This document shows, piece by piece, positions 53,970 through 64,000 of a stretch of 64,000 bases of DNA. Source of the DNA: Armatimonadota bacterium (GTDB lineage Bacteria > Armatimonadota > UBA5829); contig JAAYKE010000071.1 in assembly GCA_012522575.1 (NCBI GenBank), forward strand, positions 2,058 through 66,057, given 5' to 3'. Position numbers and translations under genes: made by a program. Every line of letters starts with the position of its first letter. Positions within the stretch are counted from its first letter, which is position 1. A model generated the notes under the pieces. That model was not told the DNA's origin, made no database searches, and saw only the letters and a list, made by a program, of their open reading frames with translations.

Positions 53970-54839
53970 TTACCTCAATCTCGCGCTCAAGGCGGCGATG
54001 TGCGCGGGAGTTGTGCCGCAGCATCCGCCGATAAGACCGGCTCCGGCCTTAGTGCATTGCAGCGCTCCTTCCGCAAATTCTTCAGGTGACAGCTTGAACA
54101 CAACCTCGTTGGCGACAAGCTCAGGTTTGCCCGCATTGGGCATCGCAATAAGGATGATATCGGTGTAAGACCTCATCTCAGCCATAAGCCGACTCATTTC
54201 AAAGGGATCGATCGTGCCGCAGTTTGAGCCTATCACATCCGCGCCCGCGCCCGTCAATTCGCTTACGGCCTTTTCCACCGTATCGCCCATCATCGTGCGG
54301 AAGCTCTCCCCGACAGGGTCAAATGATATGCTGGCAACGACCGGCAGTCCTGTGGTTTGTTTGGCCGCGCGAACGGCGATGGCGCACTCACGGACATCTG
54401 TCATCGTCTCAATCAGAATCAAGTCCACTCCATTATCCGCCAGAATCTTCGCCTGCTCCGCCGCATTATCAAAAAACTGCTGTTCCGTATAATCTCCAAG
54501 CGGCTCCATAAACTGTCCCGTCGTTGACATATCCCCGGCCACATATCCATTGTCCCCTGCCGCTTCCCTGCACAGTTTCGCTCCGAGGGTGTTGATCTGC
54601 TCGAATTTATCCTCCATAGATGCGTGTTCGAGGGATATTCTGTTTGCGGTAAAGGTGTTGGCGATTACGATGTCTGCTCCGGCGGCTTTGTAGTCCGCGT
54701 GCACCGATTTGACTACGTCCGGGCATTCGATATTAGTTAATGGGCCTGTAGAACCGCATCGTGCGGCCAGTTGAGTGCCGGTCGCGCCGTCGAAGATGAG
54801 TATTTTGCCGCTTTTCAAAGCATCGGCGAAAGAAATCAT
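53970..54839 (-). CDS. Homocysteine S-methyltransferase domain protein (MetH N-terminal module)
   Basis: FDGATGTQL, AGADI..NTF, ETM, GSNC, MPNAG, GGCCGTTPAHI. Confidence 0.9.
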   Translation of the reverse strand: MISFADALKSGKILIFDGATGTQLAARCGSTGPLTNIECPDVVKSVHADYKAAGADIVIANTFTANRISLEHASMEDKFEQINTLGAKLCREAAGDNGYVAGDMSTTGQFMEPLGDYTEQQFFDNAAEQAKILADNGVDLILIETMTDVRECAIAVRAAKQTTGLPVVASISFDPVGESFRTMMGDTVEKAVSELTGAGADVIGSNCGTIDPFEMSRLMAEMRSYTDIILIAMPNAGKPELVANEVVFKLSPEEFAEGALQCTKAGAGLIGGCCGTTPAHIAALSARLR

Positions 54840-54850
54840 AATAAGCCTCC

Positions 54851-55091
54851 GGTTTGGGAGTTGGAATATGGAAGCTGGAGGTCAGGACGGAAAAGCAGAT
54901 TTCTCGTTTCACTCGAAATGACGGGAAAGTTTATATCCAACGACCAGCTTCCAATTGATATCTTCTCCACAGTGTCGCTTCTAACCTTCGGTTTGGGAGT
55001 TGGAATATGGAAGTTGGGAAGGAAAAGCAGATTTCTCGCTGCGCTCGAAATGACATAATTTGTGTGGCCGGGACAGAGGCACGGCCACTAC
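54851..55091. repeat. Duplicated purine-rich block + TGTC-REP units ending in a GTAG-REP (inverted relative to the 47-kb element)
   Basis: GGTTTGGGAGTTGGAATATGGAAG at 54851 and 54990; REP copies at 54891-54922 and 55023-55055; the reverse complement of 55065-55091 is GTAGTGGCCGTGCCTCTGTCCCGGCCA. Confidence 0.85.
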
Positions 55092-55122
55092 ATTTCACCA
55101 AGGCATTTCCATCCTCATCCCT

Positions 55123-56457
55123 TCAAAACGATACATAATCCGGCGCTGATTCCCCTGCTGTGCCCTCGAAGCCGGGCTTGCCGAGCATTTTGAACATAAT
55201 TTTCTTGTATGCCTCCACTCCGGGCTGGTCGAACGGGTTGACTCCCATCATCAGGCCGCTTATTGCGCAGGCATACTCGAAGAAGTAAATCAGCGCGCCC
55301 AGCGATTCCTCGTCCAGCCTCTTCAACAGAACCGACATATTCGGCACCCCGCCCTCGCGATGCGCCTGCGCGGTGGCTTTGTATGCTACCGCGTTGACCT
55401 TGTCGACGCTGTTGAACTCACCCTCGACGAGATAGTTCAGGCCGTCTGAATTGTCGTCCCATTTCGGTATATTGACCTGCGGTTCGCCGTCTTCGACGAT
55501 CAAAAAAGTCTCCGCAAGTATCCTTCTGCCCGACTGGATATACTGCCCCATCGAGTGCAGATCGGTTGTGAAATCCACCGACGCCGGGAACAGCGCCATA
55601 TTCTCCTTGCCCTCGCTCTCGCCGTAAAGCTGTTTCCACCATTCAGAGACAAAATGCAGCCTTGGCTCGAAGTTGGCCAGCATTTCTATGGCATAGCCCT
55701 GAGAATATAAAATATTTCTCGCTATCGCATAATACAGCGCAGGGTTTTGATTCGGGTCCGCATTGGCGCACAAATCCGCGCAGGCTACCGCGCCCATCAC
55801 GAGCTTGTCGACATCGACTCCCGCATAGGCAATGGGCAGCAATCCGACCGCCGACAGCACGGAATATCGACCGCCGATGGCATCTGGCACGACGAAGCGC
55901 TCGATGCCTTCCTTTTCAGTAAGCTGCAGCAGCGCTCCCCTGTTCGCGTCAGTGGTAGCCACGATATACTCTGCGGCATCCGCTCCGCGGACAATGTCTC
56001 GCATAACCCGAAAAGCCAGCGCAGGCTCCGTGGTGGTGCCGGATTTTGATATCACGTTGATGGCGACGCGCTTGCCCATAAGCTGATCGCGCAGCCTCTT
56101 AATATAATGTGCCGAGATGTTTTGACCCGCATATACGACGCTGTCCGGTTTATCCGCCAGAGCCTCGATGACCGACCTCGCGCCAAGATAGGAGCCGCCT
56201 ATCCCGATAACCAGCAGCACATCGGTCCGCTCGCGCAGCTTCTCAGCACAAGCTTTTATTGCGGCAAACTCATCGGCAGTGAGTATCTCCCCCGGTTTGA
56301 GCCAGCCGGTGAAATCCGCGCCCTGACAAGTCCCCGCACGCAGGCTTTTGTGCGCAAGCTCGGCTGCTTTATTTCTGTTGTTGACCATATCGCGGGTAAC
56401 ATTCGGCGATAAATTGGCTATATCCAATGCGATTGGCAGTTTTTTGAATTGATGCAA
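55123..56457 (-). CDS. pgi: Glucose-6-phosphate isomerase
   Basis: IGIGGSYLG, SKSGTTTEP, GGRYSVLS, QLYGESEGK, NPFDQPGVEAYK. Confidence 0.96.
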   Translation of the reverse strand: MHQFKKLPIALDIANLSPNVTRDMVNNRNKAAELAHKSLRAGTCQGADFTGWLKPGEILTADEFAAIKACAEKLRERTDVLLVIGIGGSYLGARSVIEALADKPDSVVYAGQNISAHYIKRLRDQLMGKRVAINVISKSGTTTEPALAFRVMRDIVRGADAAEYIVATTDANRGALLQLTEKEGIERFVVPDAIGGRYSVLSAVGLLPIAYAGVDVDKLVMGAVACADLCANADPNQNPALYYAIARNILYSQGYAIEMLANFEPRLHFVSEWWKQLYGESEGKENMALFPASVDFTTDLHSMGQYIQSGRRILAETFLIVEDGEPQVNIPKWDDNSDGLNYLVEGEFNSVDKVNAVAYKATAQAHREGGVPNMSVLLKRLDEESLGALIYFFEYACAISGLMMGVNPFDQPGVEAYKKIMFKMLGKPGFEGTAGESAPDYVSF

Positions 56458-56530
56458 TTGTATCCTCCGTTGATTGACAGACCGATTGAATTTTACAACA
56501 TAATTCTTCTTTTGGGTTGGTAATCTGGAC

Positions 56531-58477
56531 TCAATTTAAAAACCTGAACATGTGCATCTTCAGGGTGATGCCGAGCAGGCTCCAGATAGCTCCCATCATA
56601 AGGTCGCCAAGCACCAATCCCATAAAAAACGGCAGGGCAATGCGATAGAGCCGCAGGCCGCCGTAGCGCATGATAATCAATTTTATCAGCCATCCCACCA
56701 GCACTGAAGTCGAATACCACGTCGCGTTCCACGGGCTTAACGACAGCGCATAACCCGCAGGATGCAACGGACACCACGGAAGACGAAACCGCAGCGCCAT
56801 CAGGCCAAAGGTCACCGCGCCGCCTGTCAGCATCGCCGTAATCCCGGCTCCATCCGGCCCGCGCGGATTTGCTCCCCAGCCAGCCAGCCGATCATAAAAC
56901 CATCGACACTGCGCCTGCTCCCCCCAGACTGCCGCGCCATATTTATAACAAAAATAGAAGTGCGCCCACGCCGAAGATATAGTGCCGACTATAACCGCAA
57001 GCACAATTCCAAAAAGCAGCCTGCGCGCGGACAGCCCGCGCCTGAAAAACATTACAAAGCCTTCGAGCATACTCGGCATGGGGTGCGCGCGATAGGCTCG
57101 ATTAAGAGAGTTCGCCAACATAAGCACCGTCAGAGCCGGCATTCTAATCCCCGAAGAACCCGCCACCGCAGTCATCATCAGAACCGGGTCGCTGAGAAAA
57201 TCGTGTGACGGCGGCCCAAGCTCGGCACGGATTCTTGCCATGCCAACCCCGATCGCGTAGACCAAAATCAGAAATATTGCGCTGACCAGCGGCGGAACCC
57301 CTACCATTCTACCCATCGTGATAAGCAGCATCGTGCCGAATATCAGACCCATCACCGCGGTTCTTGGCGCAAGCACATCGGATGCGGTTCGTTTGTCGCC
57401 CATCATAGCGCGTCTGAACTGATCTTTGAGGGCAAATCGGCTGGCCCATAATGCAACTATGACAAGCCCTATCCACGCACCGGCGGACTGCTCTATTGGA
57501 TATGGGAACCTCGGATTGGCGGTGAATCCCGCCACATCTCCGGCAACCCGACTCAGTTTGGTCACTAAATAGAAAAACCACAGCGAAAAGGATAAATCCA
57601 GCGGGATAAAAAATGACATCCCAACCGCAAACGGGAATACCGCAACGGGAGTGTAGCCGATCGCGCTCCAGGGTCGAGATCGAACCATCGCACCTAGGTC
57701 CAGAAATGCGCCTCCTGATCCCGGCAGGTTAGGGTAGAGCAAGTGCAGGCCGTTCATCAGGTTCATTCCCGCCGCAATCGCCAGCCCAACCCACATCAGT
57801 CGATTCTTGAACAGCGCGCCGCCCTCTTCGAGCATAGCAACCGGAAGCTGGATGTTGGGATATGCCTACTTCTCCTGCCGCGTCCAGCGGTCGGCAAGAA
57901 GGGCGAGAATGCACAGCATAACCAGCGTCATCGTGACGATTATCACCGTCCACAGCAGCACCGGTATCAGCCAAATCGAGATATGCTCCCAGGTGTAGAT
58001 CGTCGAATTGCCGAGGAAATATGTCTTGAGCAGGTTCTTATCCTGAACGGTCAAAGAACTCGGCATATACGAGGTGAATTTGTCCCATTGATTGCCCGGG
58101 GACGCAAACCACGCAGTATATGCCAGCATCGGCCAGAGCAACTGAGTCGAGTCGTGACCCGCCATCACGCTGCCGATGGTCAGCAAAACATAAAGGACGA
58201 TAAGTTCAGATGATGTGAATGCCAGCTTCGGCAAGGCTCGCTTCAGAAACGCGTTGATGATCAACATCACGACCATGCAGAAAATGACGTTGTAGAACAG
58301 CGAAATAATCGTCGCGAAGCTCTGGCTGGAGTCGTATCCTGAGACGCCCCAGTTTGCGAAAAGCCAAAAGGCGTTCAGGATAATCAGCGGCACAGAGAGG
58401 ACAACAACCCGCGCCCGAATCCCTTTTTGACCGGATTTCCTGTCCGCATCCTCCGTGTTTTTGCGCTCTTTGCCCAT
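56531..58477 (-). pseudogene. Large polytopic membrane protein (DUF6785-like) interrupted by an in-frame TAG (57866-57868)
   Basis: Two track ORFs are in the same frame and join as RWTRQEK*AYPNIQLPVAMLE. There are many TM helices, RIRAELG, and WCPLHPAGY. Confidence 0.75.
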
Positions 58478-58490
58478 TTATCGCTGCCGC

Positions 58491-59051
58491 CTATTCTTCC
58501 GCTCGGTTGTAGTTGTTCATGGCGGCCTCGATGCCTTCTTCGAGGATCATCTCCAGCGCATCGGCGGCTTGTTGGAGGGTGACATCTATTATCTGCCGGT
58601 CTTTGCGGTTAAATCTCCTCAGGACATGGTCTATCGCTTCGCCACTGCGGCCAATGCCGATGCGCATACGCGGGAAGTCGTCTGAGTGCAGATGCGATAT
58701 TATCGATCTCATTCCCTTGTGGCCGCCGGATGACCCGTGCGCCCGAATCCGTATTTTGCCCAGTGGCAGGTCCAAATCGTCGTATATAACCAATACATCG
58801 TCGGCTTCGAGGTTATGCTTGCGCACCAGCGTACCGATTGCCTGGCCGCTTTCGTTCATGAATGTTTGGGGTTTGACCAGCAGAATCTGCTCGCCATAGA
58901 AATCCAGACTGCCGACGAGAGCTTTGGCCTGTCGGCTGGAGAATCGCACGCCTCGTTTTTTTGCGAAAATATCGAGTATATCGAAGCCGACATTGTGGCG
59001 CGTATGCGCGTATGCTCTGCCGGGATTGCCCAGACCGACTATGATTCTCAC
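58491..59051 (-). CDS. pth: Peptidyl-tRNA hydrolase
   Basis: IVGLGNPG..TRHNVG, KPQTFMN.SG, IYDDLDL, GSSGGHKG, RMRIGIG. Confidence 0.96.
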   Translation of the reverse strand: MRIIVGLGNPGRAYAHTRHNVGFDILDIFAKKRGVRFSSRQAKALVGSLDFYGEQILLVKPQTFMNESGQAIGTLVRKHNLEADDVLVIYDDLDLPLGKIRIRAHGSSGGHKGMRSIISHLHSDDFPRMRIGIGRSGEAIDHVLRRFNRKDRQIIDVTLQQAADALEMILEEGIEAAMNNYNRAEE

Positions 59052-60004
59052 GATCTGGCCTTCCACACTTTGTCGAAGATCTCGCTTATGCTGCACTCCG
59101 AGTGAATGCGGCCAATCGCATCGGCCAGCAGTCCCGCAACCGAAACGACAGCTATTTTGCCGTCGCCGCCCTGCGGCATTGGAATGGTGTCGGTGACGAT
59201 CAATTTCTTGATCGCGCTTACTGCCAGTCGCTGAATCGCATCCCCTGAGAGCAGGCCGTGGGTGCAGGCGGCATATACCTCGCTGGCCCCGCGCTCCAGC
59301 AGCGCATCGGCTCCTCCGATAATCGAGCCGCCGGTGTCGATCAGGTCGTCGAACATAATGGCGGTTTTCCCGGATACGTCCCCGATGAGTTCTATCACCT
59401 CGGCCTTGTTAGGCTCCGGCCTGCGTTTGACAATGATCGCAATCGGAGTCCCCAGCACCTCAGCCAACGCCCTGGCTCGGGTTACTCCCCCCACATCCGG
59501 GGATACAACTACGGCATTATCCAGAGGAATATTATTTTTTATATGATCCGCAATGATCGGCCCGGAGTACAGGTGATCTACGGGGATGTCGAAAAATCCC
59601 ATAATCTGGCCGGAGTGCAGGTCCATAGTAAGCACGCGATTAGCTCCGGCTGTGGTCAGCAGATTGGCGACGAGTTTGGCGGTGACAGGCTCACGCGGCT
59701 TGAGTTTTTTGTCCTGTCTCGAATAGCAGAAGTAGGGCATCACTACGGTCACTCGCCGCACTGATGCTCTGCGAAATGAGTCGATGATAACAAGCAGCTC
59801 CATCAAGTGTTCGTTAACCGGCGTCTGACAGCTTTGCACAATGAACGCATCGCATCCCCTGACGCTTTGGCCGGCCCTGGCGTGGACTTCTCCATCTGAG
59901 AAGCGTCGAATCGTCAGTTCTCCGACTTCGACTCCCAGTTTATCGGCGATTTTCTGTGCTAATTCGGGGTTCGCCGTGCCCGAAAAGAGCTTCAGCTCGT
60001 TCAT
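59048..60004 (-). CDS. prs: Ribose-phosphate pyrophosphokinase
   Basis: FSDGE, YSRQDKK, DLHSGQI, VSPDVGG, FDDLIDTGG. Confidence 0.97.
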   Translation of the reverse strand: MNELKLFSGTANPELAQKIADKLGVEVGELTIRRFSDGEVHARAGQSVRGCDAFIVQSCQTPVNEHLMELLVIIDSFRRASVRRVTVVMPYFCYSRQDKKLKPREPVTAKLVANLLTTAGANRVLTMDLHSGQIMGFFDIPVDHLYSGPIIADHIKNNIPLDNAVVVSPDVGGVTRARALAEVLGTPIAIIVKRRPEPNKAEVIELIGDVSGKTAIMFDDLIDTGGSIIGGADALLERGASEVYAACTHGLLSGDAIQRLAVSAIKKLIVTDTIPMPQGGDGKIAVVSVAGLLADAIGRIHSECSISEIFDKVWKARS

Positions 60005-60013
60005 TTCTGACCT

Positions 60014-60952
60014 CTATCGCGCAGTGTTATCTGCAATCGTTACTCCTGCAAGGCGGGCAAACGGCCCTACCTCGCAGTTTGATCCTATCCTGCTGCCGGA
60101 TTCGATTATCGTGCAGGGATGGACAATCGTATCGGGACCGATCTCGACATTGCAGTCAATATAAGTCGTCTCAGGGTCGACGATGGTGACCCCGGAGAGC
60201 ATAAGTTTGTCTAAAATGCGCCGGCGCATCACCGCAGCGGCCTCGGCGAGTTCGACTCGGTTGTTTATCCCCAGGGCATCGGAGGAATTGTCCGCCACCA
60301 CTGCTCCCACGCGATGGCCGGCTTTGTTGAGCAGTTCTATTATGTCGGTCAAATAATACTCACCCTGTGCGTTGTCCGTTTTCAGCAGGGCAAGATTTTT
60401 CGACAGCAGGTCAGCATCGAAACAGTAAATTGAAGTGTTGATCTCACGGATAGCCAGCGTGGCTTCGTCAGCGTCTTTTGCTTCTCTAATATAGAGCACC
60501 GACCCATCGGCGTCGCGCACCACTCGACCATAGCTCGCCGCATCCTCAAGCTCTGCGCTAAGCAGGGTGGCGGCGTTTGATTCGGAGATGTGAGCATAAA
60601 TTAAGCTCTTCAGGGCTTGCGTTGTAATCAGCGGAGTATCGGCGGGCAGGACTACAACCGCCCGGGTTTTGTCGGGTATGTGGGGCATTGCCTGACTTAC
60701 CGCGTGTCCTGTCCCCAGTTGCTGGGACTGCAGCGCATATATTATGTCTTCTCCGAGAGCCTCTCGAACTTTCCCGGCCTCATGTCCGACCACGCAAATA
60801 ATGTTGTCGATTCCCGCATCTGCGCAGGCGTCTATGATATGTCGCGCCATCGGCTTGCCGCATATATTATGCGCAGCTTTCGGCAGCGCCGATTTCATTC
60901 GCGTGCTTTTGCCGGCGGCCATAATCAGAGCCGCAATTTCAATCTCCACCAC
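60014..60952 (-). CDS. glmU: GlmU-like UDP-GlcNAc pyrophosphorylase with only ~2-3 hexapeptide turns (short GlmU)
   Basis: MAAGKSTRMKS, QLGTGHAV, YGRVVR, EINT, NAQGEYYLTD, GVTIVDP; it stops at residue 312. Confidence 0.88.
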   Translation of the reverse strand: MVEIEIAALIMAAGKSTRMKSALPKAAHNICGKPMARHIIDACADAGIDNIICVVGHEAGKVREALGEDIIYALQSQQLGTGHAVSQAMPHIPDKTRAVVVLPADTPLITTQALKSLIYAHISESNAATLLSAELEDAASYGRVVRDADGSVLYIREAKDADEATLAIREINTSIYCFDADLLSKNLALLKTDNAQGEYYLTDIIELLNKAGHRVGAVVADNSSDALGINNRVELAEAAAVMRRRILDKLMLSGVTIVDPETTYIDCNVEIGPDTIVHPCTIIESGSRIGSNCEVGPFARLAGVTIADNTAR

Positions 60953-61015
60953 TCACCCTCCGCATTCGTTATCGTCCTATTATAGCAGAATGGCGGCAAA
61001 CGGTTGTGATACCAT

Positions 61016-61048
61016 TTAGAGGTTAGAAGTTAGAGGTTAGAGGTTAGA
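61016..61048. repeat. Heptamer tandem repeat (TTAGAGG)n
   Basis: TTAGAGG TTAGAAG TTAGAGG TTAGAGG TTAGA. Confidence 0.75.
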
Positions 61049-61206
61049 CAAGACGGTATCTCACTCCGTTCGAGGCATAGCTATCCAACTTGATCCGCGC
61101 TTTCTTTTTCATTTTGGCAGGGAAATTAAGGGGATATGTACAAACATTCTTAAGAAGCTATCACGATGAAGTTACGTAAAACCAGCGCTGATTTATAGAG
61201 GGTCTT

Positions 61207-62271
61207 ATGGACATATCAGATATTCGCAAACAAATCGACACGATCGACAAACAGCTTGTTGAGATGATCAATAAGCGTGCTGACTGCGCTATCGAGATCG
61301 GCAAGATGAAAACCGAGGGTTCAAAGAGCATTTTTGCTCCGGAGCGTGAGGTTCAGGTGCTCGGCGGCGTGCTGCGCAACAACAAAGGCCCGCTTGCCGA
61401 CAAAGCAATCAGCGCGATATTTCGAGAGGTGATATCCGCATGCAGGGCGCTCGAAAAACCGATATCAGTGGCGTATTTTGGCCCTGCGGGGAGCCATACA
61501 CACATGGCAAGCATCCTGAAGTTCGGAGATTCCACCGATTTTGTGGACAGCAACACAATTCCAGATGTCTTCAGCTCGGTCGAGCGTCGGGATACTAACT
61601 ATGGCGTAGTCCCAGTCGAGAACTCCACCGAGGGAGTGATCAACCACACGCTGGATATGTTCCTGCTTTCGGATTTGCGCATCTGCGCGGAGATCAACGC
61701 GCCGATATCCCACAACCTTCTCTCCAGCGGGGAAGATATTTCGCAGATCAAAAGGGTATATTCCATAGGCACGGCGATCGCACAGTGTCGCGACTGGCTT
61801 GCGAGTCATCTGCACGGAGTCGAGGTGCTCGAGGTATCCAGCACTTCGAAGGCTGCCAAGATGTGCGAAGGCTATCCAAGCTCGGCGGCAATCGCCAGCG
61901 CACTTGCCGCAAAAGAATATAATCTCAACGTGCTTGAGGCGGGTATCGAGGACAATCCGCACAACAAAACCAGGTTTCTGGTAATAGGCTATTCCAAGCC
62001 ACAGCCGAGTGGCAAAGATAAGACCTCGGTAGTCTATGCCGTTCCTCACAAAGCCGGCTCTCTTTATAACTCGTTGAGAGTATTCGATAAGCACGGAGTC
62101 AACCTGACCATGATCGAGTCGCGCCCCACCAAGCAGATGCCCTGGGAATATATATTCTTTGTGGACTGCCAGGGTCACGAGGCCGATGAGTCGATGAGCG
62201 CCGCCCTGGCTGAGTTGGAGCAGATGGCGTTATTTGTGAGGGTGTTGGGGAGCTATCCGGAAGCGGATTGA
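61207..62271 (+). CDS. pheA: Chorismate mutase / prephenate dehydratase
   Basis: N-terminal CM (IRKQIDTID..REVQV), VVPVENSTEG, NKTRFLV, and an ACT domain with NLTMIESRP. Confidence 0.95.
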   Translation: MDISDIRKQIDTIDKQLVEMINKRADCAIEIGKMKTEGSKSIFAPEREVQVLGGVLRNNKGPLADKAISAIFREVISACRALEKPISVAYFGPAGSHTHMASILKFGDSTDFVDSNTIPDVFSSVERRDTNYGVVPVENSTEGVINHTLDMFLLSDLRICAEINAPISHNLLSSGEDISQIKRVYSIGTAIAQCRDWLASHLHGVEVLEVSSTSKAAKMCEGYPSSAAIASALAAKEYNLNVLEAGIEDNPHNKTRFLVIGYSKPQPSGKDKTSVVYAVPHKAGSLYNSLRVFDKHGVNLTMIESRPTKQMPWEYIFFVDCQGHEADESMSAALAELEQMALFVRVLGSYPEAD

Positions 62272-62442
62272 TGCTGCCACGGACAAGTTTAATACCGTAT
62301 TACGAGCGCGACCGGAAATGTCAGCGGGCGTACGCAGTCAATATATTATTGACGGAGATACTGAGGTGGACTATAATGGCCTCAGCCTCTAGCCCGCACG
62401 TTTCATAGATCGTTGGCGCTCGAACAGCTCAGGAGGAGTACG

Positions 62443-63951
62443 TTGCGAACACGAATTTTACTTGCCTCTATATTGCTTGTCGCATTCCTTTCAGTGTGCT
62501 CAATTTCGGCAGTGTGCGCACAAGCCGCCACAACCGAAAACGCACCTGCCGTCGAAGCAAAACCGGAGCCTGAGGTACAAGCCCCAGACCAGGCGGCCAA
62601 ACCTGCCCAGGATGCTAAACCCGCTGAACCGGCTCCTGCGAAGGAGGCCAAGCCCGCAGAGTTGGCCCCTGCTAAACCTACGGCTCTGTCGGCGCCCGAC
62701 ACTGCTCCGGTGATAACCGCCACCACTGAGGTCAAAATTGAACCCGCAGCGGTCACCGAACTGACGCCGGACACGGACGTATTCCGCCGAAGCCCGAAAA
62801 TCGACGGGGTGATAAACGATGGCGAATGGGATGCGTATTATAGCTTCAGCACAGGCGATCTTGAGCTGACTACCTACGTCAACTGGGATGCGGGCAACCT
62901 GTATTTCGCCGCAAAAGCCAACAAACCAATCGATCTGCTGGCCTACCTTGATGCTAATTGCGACGGATGGTATAACGGCGAGGATAATTTCGAGTTCAGG
63001 ACACTTCGAGGCGCGGAAGGCGCAGATTCGCTGGTCGTAAACCGTTACGATTCACGCCACGCCAAAAGCCCGACTGCTGCCCCGGTCGCGCCCGAAGAGG
63101 CCGCGCTTGTTGAGATGAAGAGCGGCGTAATGGATGGAAAGACCAGCATAGAATTGCGCGTTCCAACATCTCTTATCCGAAGCTTCAAGGCTGTAGACGG
63201 CCGCAGGATAGGATTGCTCCTCACAGCCAGGACAGGCTCGTGGATCGGGTCAGGATCGCCGGGTGACACGAAAGAACTGACCCTGATAAGCAAAAAAATG
63301 GCATCTCTGGATCCTATTAAATTGGGTTTTGATATACGAGATGTCAAGATCGCGCTTGGAGATGAGTTGGTAGCCAAGCTCCACATAACCAACACAGGGC
63401 CGGACAGACTTGATGTGCGCAGCTATGTGATAGCAGGGGAAGGCAAGGCCGGGGACTATTTGAGCAGCCAGATGATTCGACTGGATGGCCTGCCGGCTAA
63501 AAAGCATATTTCCAGAGAAATACGATCGATTATCCCGCAGGATATGCCCCTTGGCAGTTGGGCGCTTGGAGCGGAGGTTATGACGGCGGACAGCAAGCTC
63601 GGAGGCGCTCTTTTGAGCTTCGAGGTAGTCGAGCCGTTCGAAGTAGCCATAAAACTGCCCATCGAACCGGTGAAGCCGACCGTTAAGGACGTGTCGGTTG
63701 GCGTGGTCGTCTCCAATAATAAAAGAAGCAGGGTGCGCGGCGAAGTAGTCTTAACGATGCCTGAAGGATGGGAAGTCTGGAAGGACGAGAACAAACGCGC
63801 CTTTGTTGCACCGAGCAAGGGATTCGGAAAGGTCACATTTAAGGTGAAGCCGCCTCTTGGGATCGTCGGACAGGTTCCGGTAAAGATGGATATAACGATT
63901 GGCGACAAGTCCCTTGAGACCAGCGGGAACTTTACAATGGCGAGTCAGTAG
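62443..63951 (+). CDS. Secreted protein: Pro/Ala-rich linker, DOMON/CBM9-like domain and Ig-like domains
   Basis: Signal peptide, AKPA/EPA repeats, PKIDGVINDGEWD..YVNWDAGNLYFAA; AGGAGG upstream of TTG 62443. Confidence 0.7.
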   Translation: MRTRILLASILLVAFLSVCSISAVCAQAATTENAPAVEAKPEPEVQAPDQAAKPAQDAKPAEPAPAKEAKPAELAPAKPTALSAPDTAPVITATTEVKIEPAAVTELTPDTDVFRRSPKIDGVINDGEWDAYYSFSTGDLELTTYVNWDAGNLYFAAKANKPIDLLAYLDANCDGWYNGEDNFEFRTLRGAEGADSLVVNRYDSRHAKSPTAAPVAPEEAALVEMKSGVMDGKTSIELRVPTSLIRSFKAVDGRRIGLLLTARTGSWIGSGSPGDTKELTLISKKMASLDPIKLGFDIRDVKIALGDELVAKLHITNTGPDRLDVRSYVIAGEGKAGDYLSSQMIRLDGLPAKKHISREIRSIIPQDMPLGSWALGAEVMTADSKLGGALLSFEVVEPFEVAIKLPIEPVKPTVKDVSVGVVVSNNKRSRVRGEVVLTMPEGWEVWKDENKRAFVAPSKGFGKVTFKVKPPLGIVGQVPVKMDITIGDKSLETSGNFTMASQ

Positions 63952-64000
63952 AGTCTTCTCAACTGATTATTGGAAGCAAGCGTCGGGGTAAGCTCCGGCG

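Noticed and set aside
1-64000. Genome-wide stop-codon reassignment (code 25, amber or Sec) to explain the in-frame stops
   Set aside because: TAA, TAG and TGA all terminate well-conserved genes at their expected ends in this window, and the interruptions involve all three codons.

Overview
This is ordinary-looking chromosomal DNA from an anaerobic diderm bacterium. It has a secretin-containing type IV pilus operon and an HdrABC-FlxABCD module, together with Firmicute-like CdaA/CdaR, KimA, DppA and a SigB/F-type sigma factor; Armatimonadota is my best guess, which is inference only. Left to right it contains: a partial NamZ-like gene; an IS1182-family element; a polyprenyl synthase; archease-lexA-SRPBCC; tRNA-Ser(GCT) with a 31-bp att-like duplication enclosing a ~0.9-kb islet; a TPR protein; apbE; cdaA-cdaR; kimA-STAS/USP-mazG; an hdrC-hdrB-hdrA-flxDCBA electron-bifurcation cluster interrupted by a REP-flanked GIY-YIG nuclease, two HicAB pairs and a secreted protein; two Tat-exported Gfo/Idh/MocA oxidoreductases; pilMNOPQ-pilB-pilT-pilC; a sugar/phosphate catabolic block; pgi; glmU(short)-prs-pth; and pheA. 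The top candidate for a novel system is the gene after pilC. It encodes a SigB/F-type sigma factor fused to a catalytically degenerate GGDEF domain (GPTSF) that keeps the RxxD c-di-GMP I-site, so it may be a one-component c-di-GMP-sensing sigma factor. Other highlights are a candidate c-di-AMP/K+ locus with an unusual STAS-USP-USP protein, two REP families that form composite elements, a short GlmU, and four isolated in-frame stops in three otherwise intact genes. All family assignments come from motif recognition by eye; no database searches were run.
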